From: Vicinamibacterales bacterium
Lineage (GTDB): Bacteria; Acidobacteriota; Vicinamibacteria; Vicinamibacterales; UBA2999
Length of the DNA: 64,000 nucleotides
Direction: 5' to 3'
Assembly (NCBI GenBank): GCA_050250955.1
Contig: JBFWNR010000003.1
Span: 525,120-589,119, forward strand
How positions within the stretch are numbered: the first letter of the stretch is position 1; the number at the start of each line of letters is the position of its first letter. The position numbers and the translations under genes were made by a program. The notes under the pieces were generated by a model. It had not been told where the DNA came from and ran no database searches. It saw only the letters and a list, made by a program, of their open reading frames with translations. This document shows, one piece after another, positions 33,019 through 41,537 of the stretch.

Positions 33019-34125
33019 TCAGCGCGTGGCCCCGCCGCCCTTCAGCGTGACCTTCTGGACGCGCCAGTTGGTCAGCTCGCCGACCAGCAGCTCGTTCTCG
33101 TTGCGGCAGTCGATCGAGTTGGCCAGGCCGAATTCTTTCGGCCGCTTGCCGGCGCTGCCGAACTTGCCCAGCACCTTGCCGTCGAGGCCGACCTTGAAGA
33201 TCGCCGCGTCCTCCATGCCGTCGGTGTCGCCGGCATGCGAGATGTAGAGGTACTGCGTGGCGCCACGGGTCATGCACATGGTCAGCGCCGTGCCGGCGAA
33301 GGCGAACTCGCGCTTGTAGGTCCCCTGCGGGTCGAAGATCTGCACCCGCTTGTTGCCGGTGTCGAGCACGTAGACGTCGCCGGCCTTGTCGACGGCGATG
33401 GCCTTGGCGCCGTTGAACTCGCCCTGGCCAGACCCGGTGGCGCCCCACTGGGTGAGGAAGTGGCCGAACTTGTCGGTCTTGACGACGCGGTTGTTGGCGC
33501 CGATGCCGTCGGTGACGTAGACGTTGCCGGCGCTGTCCCAGGCGACGTCGGTCGGCTTGGAGAAGCCGGTGCCGGGGACGCCCTCGCCCGGCCGGCGGTT
33601 GGCCGCCGCGGCGCCGCCGCCTCCGCCGCCGCCACCACCGCCCGGGCCGCCGCCCTCGCGCGGCCGGACCAGCATCGTCTCGGGCTTGCGGCCGAGCACC
33701 ATCGCCACGCGGCCCTCGGCGTCGAACTTCACGACCTGGTTGGCGCCGACGTCGATGGTCCAGATGTTGTCCTGTGGATCGATGCGCAGGCCGTATGCGC
33801 CGTTGAAGCCGTAGACGTCCTGGCCCAGCTCGCGCACGAACTTGCCGCTGGCGTCGAACTGGAACAGCTTGGCGCCGCCGCGGTAGAACGTCCGGTTGTC
33901 GCCGAGCGTGGCGTAGGGGTGCCCGGTGCGGGTGTAGACGTAGATCTGGCCCTTCGAGTTGGCGGCGACGCCGCCCACCTCGCCGACGAAGACGTCGAGC
34001 GGGGTGCGCAGCAGGTCGGCGTTCGAGTCGAACGCGATCTCGGGCACGGCGCCCTGGGCGCCGACCATCACGCCGCCGGCGACCAGCGCCGCGGCCAGAC
34101 CGGAGAGCAGGCGGGCGCGGCTCAC
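33019..34125 (-). CDS. Secreted NHL-repeat beta-propeller protein (PAL-like), carrying a Gly/Ala-rich insertion
   Basis: The GTG at 34125 overlaps the upstream stop as GTGA and has a GGGAGG SD. Repeated blocks such as D..GN.YV.D....RV..FD are present. The insertion is REGGGPGGGGGGGGGGAAAAN. Confidence 0.75.
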   Translation of the reverse strand: MSRARLLSGLAAALVAGGVMVGAQGAVPEIAFDSNADLLRTPLDVFVGEVGGVAANSKGQIYVYTRTGHPYATLGDNRTFYRGGAKLFQFDASGKFVRELGQDVYGFNGAYGLRIDPQDNIWTIDVGANQVVKFDAEGRVAMVLGRKPETMLVRPREGGGPGGGGGGGGGGAAAANRRPGEGVPGTGFSKPTDVAWDSAGNVYVTDGIGANNRVVKTDKFGHFLTQWGATGSGQGEFNGAKAIAVDKAGDVYVLDTGNKRVQIFDPQGTYKREFAFAGTALTMCMTRGATQYLYISHAGDTDGMEDAAIFKVGLDGKVLGKFGSAGKRPKEFGLANSIDCRNENELLVGELTNWRVQKVTLKGGGATR

Positions 34126-35207
34126 TGCGCACCTCCCTGGCTGGTCATCGCGCCCGGCTTGAGCAGGATCTTCTGCGACCGCCAGTCGTTGATCTCGGCG
34201 GTGTAGATGACGTTGGGGTCGCGGCAGTCCATCTGGTGCACGGTGGCGAACTCACCGGGCGCCTTGCCGGCCTTGCCGAACTTGCCGACGATCGTGCCGT
34301 CGAGCTCCATCTTGTAGATTTCGCCGGTGTACTCGGCCGGGCCGGCCGGCTGGCTGTCCGGCCACGAGTTGGTCGAGTAGAGGTACTGCTTGCCGGGGTT
34401 CTTCGGCCCCGGTCCGCCCGACACGCACACGCCCCACGGGTTGCCGACGGTGGTGTAGTTGGCCTTCCAGTTGAGGTCGTTGTCGAGCACCTGCACGCGG
34501 GCGTTGCCGCGGTCGCCGACGTAGACGTTGCCCTGGAAGTCGGTGGCGATCGAATGCGGGGTGTTGAACTCGAGGTTGGCGCTGCCGCGCTTGCCCACCG
34601 CCTTGATGAAGCGGCCGTACTTGTCGTACTTGACGACGCGGGCGTCGAAGTAGCCGTCGCTGACGAAGATGTTGCCCTGCTGGTCGAAGGCGACGTCGGT
34701 CTGGCGGCCGAAGCGGTACTTCTCGTTGCGGCCGTGGTAGACGCCGGGGCCCGGCATGTTGAGGATCGACATCGTCGGATCCTCGCGGCGGCCGATCACC
34801 ATCAGCACCCGGCCCTCGGGGCTGAACTTGACCAGCATGTCGGTGCCTTCGTCCACCGCCCAGATGTTGTCCTCGGCGTCGACGCGCACCGAGTGGGCGA
34901 AGGCGAAGCCGTAGTTGTTGCGGCCGATCTCGCGGATGAAGGTGCCCTGCGGCGAGTACTCGAACAGCCGCGTCTCGTAGGCGCGGTGGTAGATGTAGAT
35001 GTTGCCCTTCGAGTTGGTGGCGATGCCCATGTTCTCGCCGGTGTAGATGCCCGGCGGGTTCTTGAAGAAGTTGGGCACCGGCTCGTGGGGGATCACCGGC
35101 ACGTTGGTGGCCTTGGCCCGGGACTGAGCGACCAGCGGCGGCGAGGTGGGCGCCGCCATGACGGCGAGCGCGACCACGACGGGAACGAACGGTAACAGGC
35201 GCTTCAT
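34122..35207 (-). CDS. Secreted NHL-repeat beta-propeller protein (paralogue of 33019-34125)
   Basis: It has an ATG with a GGAGGA SD, a signal peptide (MKRLLPFVPVVVALAVMAAP), and NHL-like repeats (GNIYIYHR, DNIWAVDEGTDMLVKF, GNIFVSDGY, GNVYVGDRGNARVQV). Confidence 0.78.
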   Translation of the reverse strand: MKRLLPFVPVVVALAVMAAPTSPPLVAQSRAKATNVPVIPHEPVPNFFKNPPGIYTGENMGIATNSKGNIYIYHRAYETRLFEYSPQGTFIREIGRNNYGFAFAHSVRVDAEDNIWAVDEGTDMLVKFSPEGRVLMVIGRREDPTMSILNMPGPGVYHGRNEKYRFGRQTDVAFDQQGNIFVSDGYFDARVVKYDKYGRFIKAVGKRGSANLEFNTPHSIATDFQGNVYVGDRGNARVQVLDNDLNWKANYTTVGNPWGVCVSGGPGPKNPGKQYLYSTNSWPDSQPAGPAEYTGEIYKMELDGTIVGKFGKAGKAPGEFATVHQMDCRDPNVIYTAEINDWRSQKILLKPGAMTSQGGAQ

Positions 35208-35364
35208 ACGCGCAGTCCTCCAGTAGTACGAGTCGAACGACGGGGCAGCGCCGCACGACGGGGGCGCCGCGCTCGGACTCTATTACGCCGTCATGGCACC
35301 GACAAGCACGATTCGCAGGCGCCCGCCGCGGTCGGCGGCGTCGCGTGGCGGTGCTGCGCGGCAC

Positions 35365-35415
35365 TGTCTCCGACTTGTCATCGCCACGTCGTGGCCGTCG
35401 TGTCTCCGACTTGTC
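35365..35415 (+). promoter_or_regulatory. Two perfect copies of TGTCTCCGACTTGTC spaced 36 bp start to start, in a 273-bp divergent intergenic region
   Basis: The copies are at 35365-35379 and 35401-35415. The short palindrome GCCACGTCGTGGC lies between them. The second copy ends 66 nt upstream of the DUF1569 ATG. Confidence 0.4.
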
Positions 35416-35480
35416 TTCGCGGCCGGGCCCGTGGTTCCGCGACGATTCGTGATCGGCGTCGCCGCGGTAGGATGCGCCTC

Positions 35481-35924
35481 ATGGCTTCGATCTGGGATCC
35501 GGCCGCGCGCGCCGACCTGGCCCGCCGCGCCGCTTTGCTCACGCCGGCACATACCGCGCGCTGGGGGCGCCTGTCGGTGGCGGCGATGGTCGCTCACCTG
35601 AACGACGCCGCCCGCATGGCGCTGGGCGAGCTGACGGTGGCCACCAAGGCGCCGCCGTTCCTGCGCCTGCGGCCGGTGCGCGCTCTGTTCGTCCACGTCC
35701 TGCCGATGCCGCGCAGCGCGCCGACCGCGCCCGAGCTGCTCGCGCGCTCGAGCGACGCCGATCTCGACGCCGAGCTCGCCGCCTTCGCGGCGCTGCTCGA
35801 ACGCCTGGCGATCGCGACCACGCTTGCGCCGACCCATCCGGCCTTCGGCCCGATGACCCGCGAGGACTGGGGGGTGCTCGCCCACAAGCACACCGATCAC
35901 CACCTGCGCCAGTTCGGTGTGTGA
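35481..35924 (+). CDS. DinB-superfamily protein (DUF1569-like)
   Basis: I chose the internal ATG at 35481 (MASIWDP), giving 147 aa. The C-terminal block is WGVLAHKHTDHHLRQFG. Confidence 0.65.
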   Translation: MASIWDPAARADLARRAALLTPAHTARWGRLSVAAMVAHLNDAARMALGELTVATKAPPFLRLRPVRALFVHVLPMPRSAPTAPELLARSSDADLDAELAAFAALLERLAIATTLAPTHPAFGPMTREDWGVLAHKHTDHHLRQFGV

Positions 35925-35940
35925 GCGGCGCGAGACGTCG

Positions 35941-36690
35941 ATGCGCATCGCCGCCCTCTGCGACATCCACGGCAACCTGCCGGCACTCGAGGCGGTGCTG
36001 GACGAGGTGCGCGCGGCCGGCGTCGACGCGATCGTCGTCGGCGGCGACGTGCTGCCGGGACCGATGCCGGCCGAGTGCCTCGCAGCACTGGCGGCACTGG
36101 CCTGCCCGGTCCACTACCTGCGCGGCAACGGCGATCGCGTGTCGCTGGCGGCGCGCCGCGGCGAGGACGTCAGCGGGGAGGTGCCGGCGGCGTTCGTCGA
36201 GGCCGTGCGCTGGTCGGGAACCGCGATCAGTGAGGCCGCTGCGGCGCGTCTCGACGCCTGGCCGGCGACGGTGACGTTGACGGTGCACGGGCTGGGCGAG
36301 GTGCTGTTCTGCCACGCCACGCCGCGCAGCGACGTCGAGATCATCACCCGGCTCACCACTGCGGAGCGGCTGGCACCCGCCTTCGCCGGCGTCGAGGCGG
36401 CAGTCGTCGTGTGCGGCCACACGCACATGCCATTCGACCGCACCGTCAACGGCCTCCGCGTCGTCAACGCCGGCAGCGTCGGCATGCCGTTCGGCCGACC
36501 CGGGGCCGACTGGCTGCTGCTCGGCCCGGACGTGACGCCGCGCCACACCGCCTACGACCTTGCCGCTGCCGCAGCGCGCGTCCGCGCCTCGGCCTACCCG
36601 CAGCGCGAGGCGTTCGCCGCCGGCAGCATCCTGGCGCCGCCGTCGGACGAGGACATGTTGAAGGCGTTCGCTGCCGCGGAACTCAAATAG
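35941..36690 (+). CDS. Metallophosphoesterase
   Basis: I chose the ATG at 35941 (MRIAALCDIHGN). Further motifs are GGDVLPGP, GNGD and VVCGHTH. Confidence 0.82.
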   Translation: MRIAALCDIHGNLPALEAVLDEVRAAGVDAIVVGGDVLPGPMPAECLAALAALACPVHYLRGNGDRVSLAARRGEDVSGEVPAAFVEAVRWSGTAISEAAAARLDAWPATVTLTVHGLGEVLFCHATPRSDVEIITRLTTAERLAPAFAGVEAAVVVCGHTHMPFDRTVNGLRVVNAGSVGMPFGRPGADWLLLGPDVTPRHTAYDLAAAAARVRASAYPQREAFAAGSILAPPSDEDMLKAFAAAELK

Positions 36691-36748
36691 CGCCTGGCCC
36701 CATTGGCACGATTCTGGCGCCGATTCCGTGCCAACGGGGCCAGGCGCT
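36689..36748. terminator. Bidirectional terminator: 22-bp stem (one mismatch) bridging two convergent stop codons
   Basis: AGCGCCTGGCCCCATTGGCACG (36689-36710) pairs with CGTGCCAACGGGGCCAGGCGCT (36727-36748), with a 16-nt loop. The arms overlap the TAG at 36688-36690 and the CTA at 36747-36749. Confidence 0.7.
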
Positions 36749-37214
36749 ACCGGCCGCGCAGCGGCTTGGTCAGCATGATGTAGGGCGACAGCTCGAAGCC
36801 GCAGCGCTGGTAGGCGCGCAGCGCCCGTTCGTTGGTGTTGTAGCCGTAGAGCCGCAGGTCGAGCGCGCCGGCGGCGGTCGCCTGTGCCGACAGGTGGGCC
36901 AGCATCTGATCGACCAGGCCCTGGCCGCGATGTTCCGGGAGGATGTACAGGCTCTGCACCCACCAGTAGTTCCCGCCCAGGAAGTTGCTCCACTCGGTGA
37001 CCACCGACATGCAGCCGACGACGCGGCCGGCGGCGGTCTGCGCCACCCAGTAGGCGGCCCGCGGCGGGGTGTCGAAGGCGCCGAGCACACCGCGGCGGGC
37101 GCCCTCGACGTCCAGGGTGCGCCGTTCGGCGTCGCGGGCCTCGGCGAGCGTGAAGCTGACCAGCGTGTCGATGTCGGCCGCGGTCGCAGGGCGGATGGCG
37201 TACTCGGGAGTCAT
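36747..37214 (-). CDS. GNAT-family N-acetyltransferase
   Basis: The acetyl-CoA motif is ILPEHRGQGLVDQML, within a typical 155-aa GNAT. I used the ATG at 37214; a GTG lies one codon upstream. Confidence 0.8.
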   Translation of the reverse strand: MTPEYAIRPATAADIDTLVSFTLAEARDAERRTLDVEGARRGVLGAFDTPPRAAYWVAQTAAGRVVGCMSVVTEWSNFLGGNYWWVQSLYILPEHRGQGLVDQMLAHLSAQATAAGALDLRLYGYNTNERALRAYQRCGFELSPYIMLTKPLRGR

Positions 37215-37324
37215 CACCGGTCAGCATGTGCCGAGGGGTGGCCCGCGGTCCAGTCGTCAACCGTGGCCGTGGCCGTCGCGGCGCCGTTCCGTGTGCAGAT
37301 CCGCGCGACGCCGGCCCGGCCGGT

Positions 37325-38491
37325 TCACAGCAGCGGGTAGACGAGCAGGGCCAGCGTCGCCAGCCGGCACGCCACCGCCAGCCGGGGATGGACGCGCTGG
37401 AGGTGGTTCCACACCAGCGCCAGCCCGGTCATCGCCAGCAGCATCACCACGATCCAGGTCAGCACGACGCCGGGCGGCTGCGGGCCGAGCCGCGTGCCCA
37501 GGCCGACGGTCCACAACGAGCCGTAGAGCACGGCGATGTGCACGGCGTAGACGAGCAGCGACTCCTCGGCCAGGCCCTGCAGCGGCGGGGTGAGCCGGGT
37601 GACGTAGTGGCCGACGGCGGCGACCACCGAGAGCAGCAGCAGCACCGACCCGAAGCGCTGCACGAAGGAGAGCGGACTGGCCCGCCACCAGTCGTGGCTG
37701 CCGTACTCGAACCAGCCGTAGCTGCCGGCCACCGCCGCGCCGATGACCAGCGCCGCCCCGGTCAGGAACAGCCCGCGGGCGAGCAGCCGCAGGTGATCGC
37801 GCGTGGCCCACGGGCCGGCGGTGACGCCGAAGGTGGCCCCGAGCAGGGTGAAGGCCGCCCACGGGAACAGCGGGAAGAGCGAGCCGGTCTCCTGGTTGAC
37901 GTACGAGGCCAGCCACAGCGGCAGCCAGCCGCGGACGTCCACGCCGTGCAGCAGCGGGGTCAGCCCGACGACCAATCCGGCCACCCAGGCACAGACGACC
38001 GCGAAGGTCCGCGGCCGGCGGGTGACCCAGATGAGCGCCTGCAGCCCGAGCAGCGTCAGCGCCACGTTCTGCAGCACGTCCACGGCCAGGAAGGAGCGCC
38101 ACCGTTCGTCGTTGGCGAACGGCAGGTGGGCGAACCTGCCCATCGGGAACTTCACGAAGTAACCGAGGGCGAGGAAGAACGCGAGCCGCCGGATCCGCTT
38201 CAGCGCCCGGCGCGAGAACCGCCGCTGCTCGTCCCAGTGCCGCTGCGCGGTCAGGCTGAAGGCCGCCCCCGACAGGAACAGGAAGGTGCACGACGTCAGG
38301 CCGCGCATGTAGAGCCAGGCGTTGTACTGCAGGCTCGTACGGTAGTCGGGATGGAGGAGGGCGTCGATGGTGTGGCCCTGCACCATCAGCAGCACGGCGA
38401 TGGCGCGGGCCAGGTCGATGAAGAGGATCCGGCCCGGGCCGGCGGCCGCCGGCGGCGCGGCGGCAGCGGGAGCCGCGGAAGACGTCGCCAA
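37325..38491 (-). CDS. Polytopic membrane acyltransferase-like protein (DUF1624 / heparan-alpha-glucosaminide N-acetyltransferase-like)
   Basis: The N-terminal block is RILFIDLARAIAVLLMVQGH, followed by about 10 hydrophobic helices. The track start at 38491 is a TTG, so the start is uncertain. Confidence 0.55.
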   Translation of the reverse strand: MATSSAAPAAAAPPAAAGPGRILFIDLARAIAVLLMVQGHTIDALLHPDYRTSLQYNAWLYMRGLTSCTFLFLSGAAFSLTAQRHWDEQRRFSRRALKRIRRLAFFLALGYFVKFPMGRFAHLPFANDERWRSFLAVDVLQNVALTLLGLQALIWVTRRPRTFAVVCAWVAGLVVGLTPLLHGVDVRGWLPLWLASYVNQETGSLFPLFPWAAFTLLGATFGVTAGPWATRDHLRLLARGLFLTGAALVIGAAVAGSYGWFEYGSHDWWRASPLSFVQRFGSVLLLLSVVAAVGHYVTRLTPPLQGLAEESLLVYAVHIAVLYGSLWTVGLGTRLGPQPPGVVLTWIVVMLLAMTGLALVWNHLQRVHPRLAVACRLATLALLVYPLL

Positions 38492-38563
38492 GACCCGACG
38501 ATTGTGCCATCGGGCCGTGCGCCGGGCGCGGGCAATCCACCCGGCCCGGCGGGCCGGGGGGTA

Positions 38564-39754
38564 TTACACGGTCGCGCCCAGCGCCACCCGCATCGACTCG
38601 AGGGCGCCGGTCAGCTCCTGACGGCTGCGGGCGGTGCAGAAGCGGATGTAGCCCTCGCTCTGCGGCCCGAAGTCCTGGCCTGGCACACAGCCGATGCGCG
38701 CCTGCTTGATCAGGTACTCGACCACCGCCCACGACAGCGACTCGGTCCGGTCGAGGTGCATCTCGCGCGCCCAGGCGGGGTTGATCTTGAGGAAGGCGTA
38801 GAAGGCGCCCTCGGGCGGGTTGCCCGAGAACACCTGGGGCGCGACGTCGCGGATGCCGGCGTAGAACAGATCGCGCCGCGCCATCAGCTCGGTGCGGAAG
38901 TCCTCCAGGCACTGCTGCGAGCCCTCGAGGGCGCCGATGGCGCCGTACTGGGCGATCGAGCTGACGTTGCTGGCGGTGTAGAGCACCAGCTTCACCGCCC
39001 GGGCGCGCATCGCGGCGTCCTTCATCGCGAAGTAGCCGACCCGCACGCCGGTCATCGCGTAGGACTTGCTGAGCGTGTAACACGGGATGGTGCGCTCGTA
39101 CATCCCCGGCAGCGAGGCGATGCTGATGTGCTCGGCGTTGAAGAGCACGTCCTCGTAGGCTTCGTCGGACACCACCCACAGGTTGCGCTCGCGGGCGATG
39201 GCCGCGATCCGCTCGAGGTCGGCGCGGGTCAGGCTGCCGCCGCTCGGGTTGTTGGGCGAGTTCAGGTAGAGAATCTTCGTCTTCGGCGTGATCGCCCGCT
39301 CGAGTTCGTCGAGGTCCCAGCGGAAGGCCAGCGACTCGTGCAGCGGCACCTGCTTCGGCACCCCGCCGGCCCACTGGATGATCGCCATCGTCGGCGGCCA
39401 CTGCGGATCGGGGAGGATCACCTCGTCGCCCGGCTCGAGCAGCGCGTGGAACACGGCGAACAGGCCGTGGATGCCGCCGTTGGTGATGATGACGTCGTCG
39501 TCCGTCTCCACCGGCACGTGGTTCTTGTCGCGCAGCTTCTGCGCGGCCAGCTGGCGCAGACGGGGCAGACCGGTGGTGGGCAGGTAGTGCGTGTGGTTCT
39601 CGCGCACCGCCTTCAGAAACCCTTCCTTGACGCTGTCGGGCGCGTCGAAGCTGACGTCGCCCTGATCGAGGCGGAACGGGTTCTTGACGGTGAACATCAT
39701 GTCGCGGATCTTGACGATGCCGGACATCGGAACGGAGTCGATGAAGGAACCCAT
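38564..39754 (-). CDS. Class I PLP-dependent aminotransferase (aspartate-aminotransferase family)
   Basis: I chose the internal ATG at 39754 (MGSFIDSVPMSGI), giving 396 aa. Motifs are NSPNNPSG, SDEAYEDV and the PLP-lysine motif YTLSKSYAMTGVRVGY. Confidence 0.85.
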   Translation of the reverse strand: MGSFIDSVPMSGIVKIRDMMFTVKNPFRLDQGDVSFDAPDSVKEGFLKAVRENHTHYLPTTGLPRLRQLAAQKLRDKNHVPVETDDDVIITNGGIHGLFAVFHALLEPGDEVILPDPQWPPTMAIIQWAGGVPKQVPLHESLAFRWDLDELERAITPKTKILYLNSPNNPSGGSLTRADLERIAAIARERNLWVVSDEAYEDVLFNAEHISIASLPGMYERTIPCYTLSKSYAMTGVRVGYFAMKDAAMRARAVKLVLYTASNVSSIAQYGAIGALEGSQQCLEDFRTELMARRDLFYAGIRDVAPQVFSGNPPEGAFYAFLKINPAWAREMHLDRTESLSWAVVEYLIKQARIGCVPGQDFGPQSEGYIRFCTARSRQELTGALESMRVALGATV

Positions 39755-39762
39755 TGCTCTCT

Positions 39763-39795
39763 GGGACTCGGGGCTCGGGTCTCGGGGCTCGGGAC
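39763..39795. repeat. Heptad tandem array (GGGACTC GGGGCTC GGGTCTC GGGGCTC GGGAC), starting 9 nt upstream of the aminotransferase ATG
   Basis: Read directly. It has five G3-4 tracts on the + strand, which is the template strand for the gene. Confidence 0.85.
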
Positions 39796-39904
39796 GAGCC
39801 AGCCGGCGCCGAACCGGACGTTTGATTCTATGCCGGCCGCCGCGGCACGATGGCCCCGGCATCGATGCTTTTACGACGCCTTAACAACGTCGCGGCGAGA
39901 TGCT

Positions 39905-40756
39905 TTACGACGTCTTTACAAGGCCGGCGCGATCGAGAATGGCGCGCAGCACCGCCGCGGTGCGGATGAGCGGCAGGTTGCTCAGGTAGAAGTGCCGCAC
40001 GCCGACGGCGTGGAGTTCGCGCAGCGTGCGGGCGCAGACGTCAATCGGCGTCGCGCCGGCGGCGAATTCGGCCGTCAGCTCGTCGATCGGCACCGGCAGG
40101 AACTGGCGCAGGATCTCCAGCGTGGCCGGATTGGCGGAGCGGTAGTAGAACACCCCGAACATGCCCGGCGCGGTGATGCCGGCGTCGCCCGCGGCGCCGA
40201 GGAACGCCTCGACGTCGCGCAGCCGGTGGTGCGAGACGATCTGCGTCAGGTAGAAGTCGGCGGTGAACTCGGCGCCGCCGACGAAGGCCACCTGCCCGGC
40301 GGGATCGGCGGCCGGATTGGCCCAGCCGCCGAGCGGCAGCCCCGGATGCCGCTGTCGGATCAACCGGCGCAGCTGCCAGGCGTGTTCGACCGATCGCGGC
40401 CGGCCGACGTGCTTGTCGCCGCCGAGCACGACCAGCGCCGGGAACTCGTGCTGCACCACCTGGTCGGCGTAGGCCAGGCAGAACTCGAGCGAGTGCTTCG
40501 TGGTCAGGAAGGGCACGACGCGATCGCGCGGCACGTCGGGCCCGAGGTTGTTCACCAGGTGGCGCAGGTTGTTCTCTTCCTGGGCGCCGACGGCGCTGTC
40601 GGTGACCATGACGCGGACGCCCTGGCGCACCAGGCCGCGGATGGCGTGGTAGGTGTCGATCCAGGCGTCGATGCCGGCGGCGGCCGCGAGTTCGGCCCGA
40701 GGCGGACGCAACTCCACGGCGACGACCGGCTGGTCGGACTTCAGGGCGGCGAGCAC
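39905..40756 (-). CDS. Methylenetetrahydrofolate-reductase-like (MetF-fold) protein
   Basis: It is a 283-aa ORF starting at a GTG, with MTHFR-like TIM-barrel blocks (VAVELRPP..., VVLGGDKHVGRP, FYLTQIVSH, HFYLSNL). The similarity was judged by eye only. Confidence 0.5.
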   Translation of the reverse strand: MLAALKSDQPVVAVELRPPRAELAAAAGIDAWIDTYHAIRGLVRQGVRVMVTDSAVGAQEENNLRHLVNNLGPDVPRDRVVPFLTTKHSLEFCLAYADQVVQHEFPALVVLGGDKHVGRPRSVEHAWQLRRLIRQRHPGLPLGGWANPAADPAGQVAFVGGAEFTADFYLTQIVSHHRLRDVEAFLGAAGDAGITAPGMFGVFYYRSANPATLEILRQFLPVPIDELTAEFAAGATPIDVCARTLRELHAVGVRHFYLSNLPLIRTAAVLRAILDRAGLVKTS

Positions 40757-40795
40757 GACCGCCCAGTATAGCCGGCGGGTCGAGGCCGGCGCCGC

Positions 40796-41446
40796 TCAGG
40801 CGCGACCGACGGTGGTGGCGCCGCGGACCCAGGGATAGTCGATGTAGCGCGCGGTCTCGCTGGCGACGTCGTCGCCGCACACCTTCGACACGACGTGGAA
40901 CGCCATGTCGATACCGGCCGCGACCCCGGCCGAGGTGATGACCCGGTCGTCCACCACGCGCGCGCTGCGATCGACGGCGATCGTCGGATCGATGGCGGCC
41001 AGGGCGTCGAGGGCGCCCCAGTGGGTGGTGGCGCGCCGATCGCGCAGCAGGCCGGCCTTGGCCAGCAGCAGCGCGCCGGTGCACACCGAGGTGACCAGCG
41101 AGGCCTTCGCGGCCACCGCGCCGATCCACTCCACCACCCGGTCGTCGTCGAGGAGCGGCCGGGTGCCGAAGCCGCCGGGCACGACCACGACGTCGATGGC
41201 CGGCGCGGTGTCGAAGGCGAACTGCGGCTCGACCCGCAGGCCGCCGGTGGCGACGATCGGCTCGAGGCGGCGGGCGACGGTGAATACCGAGAACGGCGCG
41301 CTGTCGTCGGCACGGCGGGCCTCGACGCCGGGCAGCAGGCGGGTGCGCGAGAACACCTCGAACGGACCGGCGAAGTCGAGGACTTCGACGTCGTGGAAGA
41401 TCAGGATGCCGACCGTGGTGCGCAACACGACGATGAGCGATGCCAC
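40796..41446 (-). CDS. DJ-1/PfpI-family protein
   Basis: Supporting blocks are VGILIFHDVEVLDFAGPFEVF, the nucleophile elbow SVCTGALLLAKAGLL, and ITSAGVAAGIDMA. The track start is a GTG; another in-frame GTG at 41428 is also possible. Confidence 0.82.
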   Translation of the reverse strand: MASLIVVLRTTVGILIFHDVEVLDFAGPFEVFSRTRLLPGVEARRADDSAPFSVFTVARRLEPIVATGGLRVEPQFAFDTAPAIDVVVVPGGFGTRPLLDDDRVVEWIGAVAAKASLVTSVCTGALLLAKAGLLRDRRATTHWGALDALAAIDPTIAVDRSARVVDDRVITSAGVAAGIDMAFHVVSKVCGDDVASETARYIDYPWVRGATTVGRA

Positions 41447-41537
41447 CCGCCGGGGGACGGCTGGCTGCGGCCATCGTATCGTCCGGTGCCCGGGGGCCTG
41501 CAGGGCCGGCCCCGGAATGTGTGCAACCGCCGCCGGC

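Noticed and set aside
37226-40771. The longest ORF in the track (1181 aa, + strand).
   Set aside because: It runs antisense across three well-supported minus-strand genes: the DUF1624-like protein, the aminotransferase with its SKSY PLP motif, and the MTHFR-like protein. Its product is Arg/Gly/Pro/Asp/His-rich low complexity with no recognisable motif. This is a typical high-GC antisense artefact.
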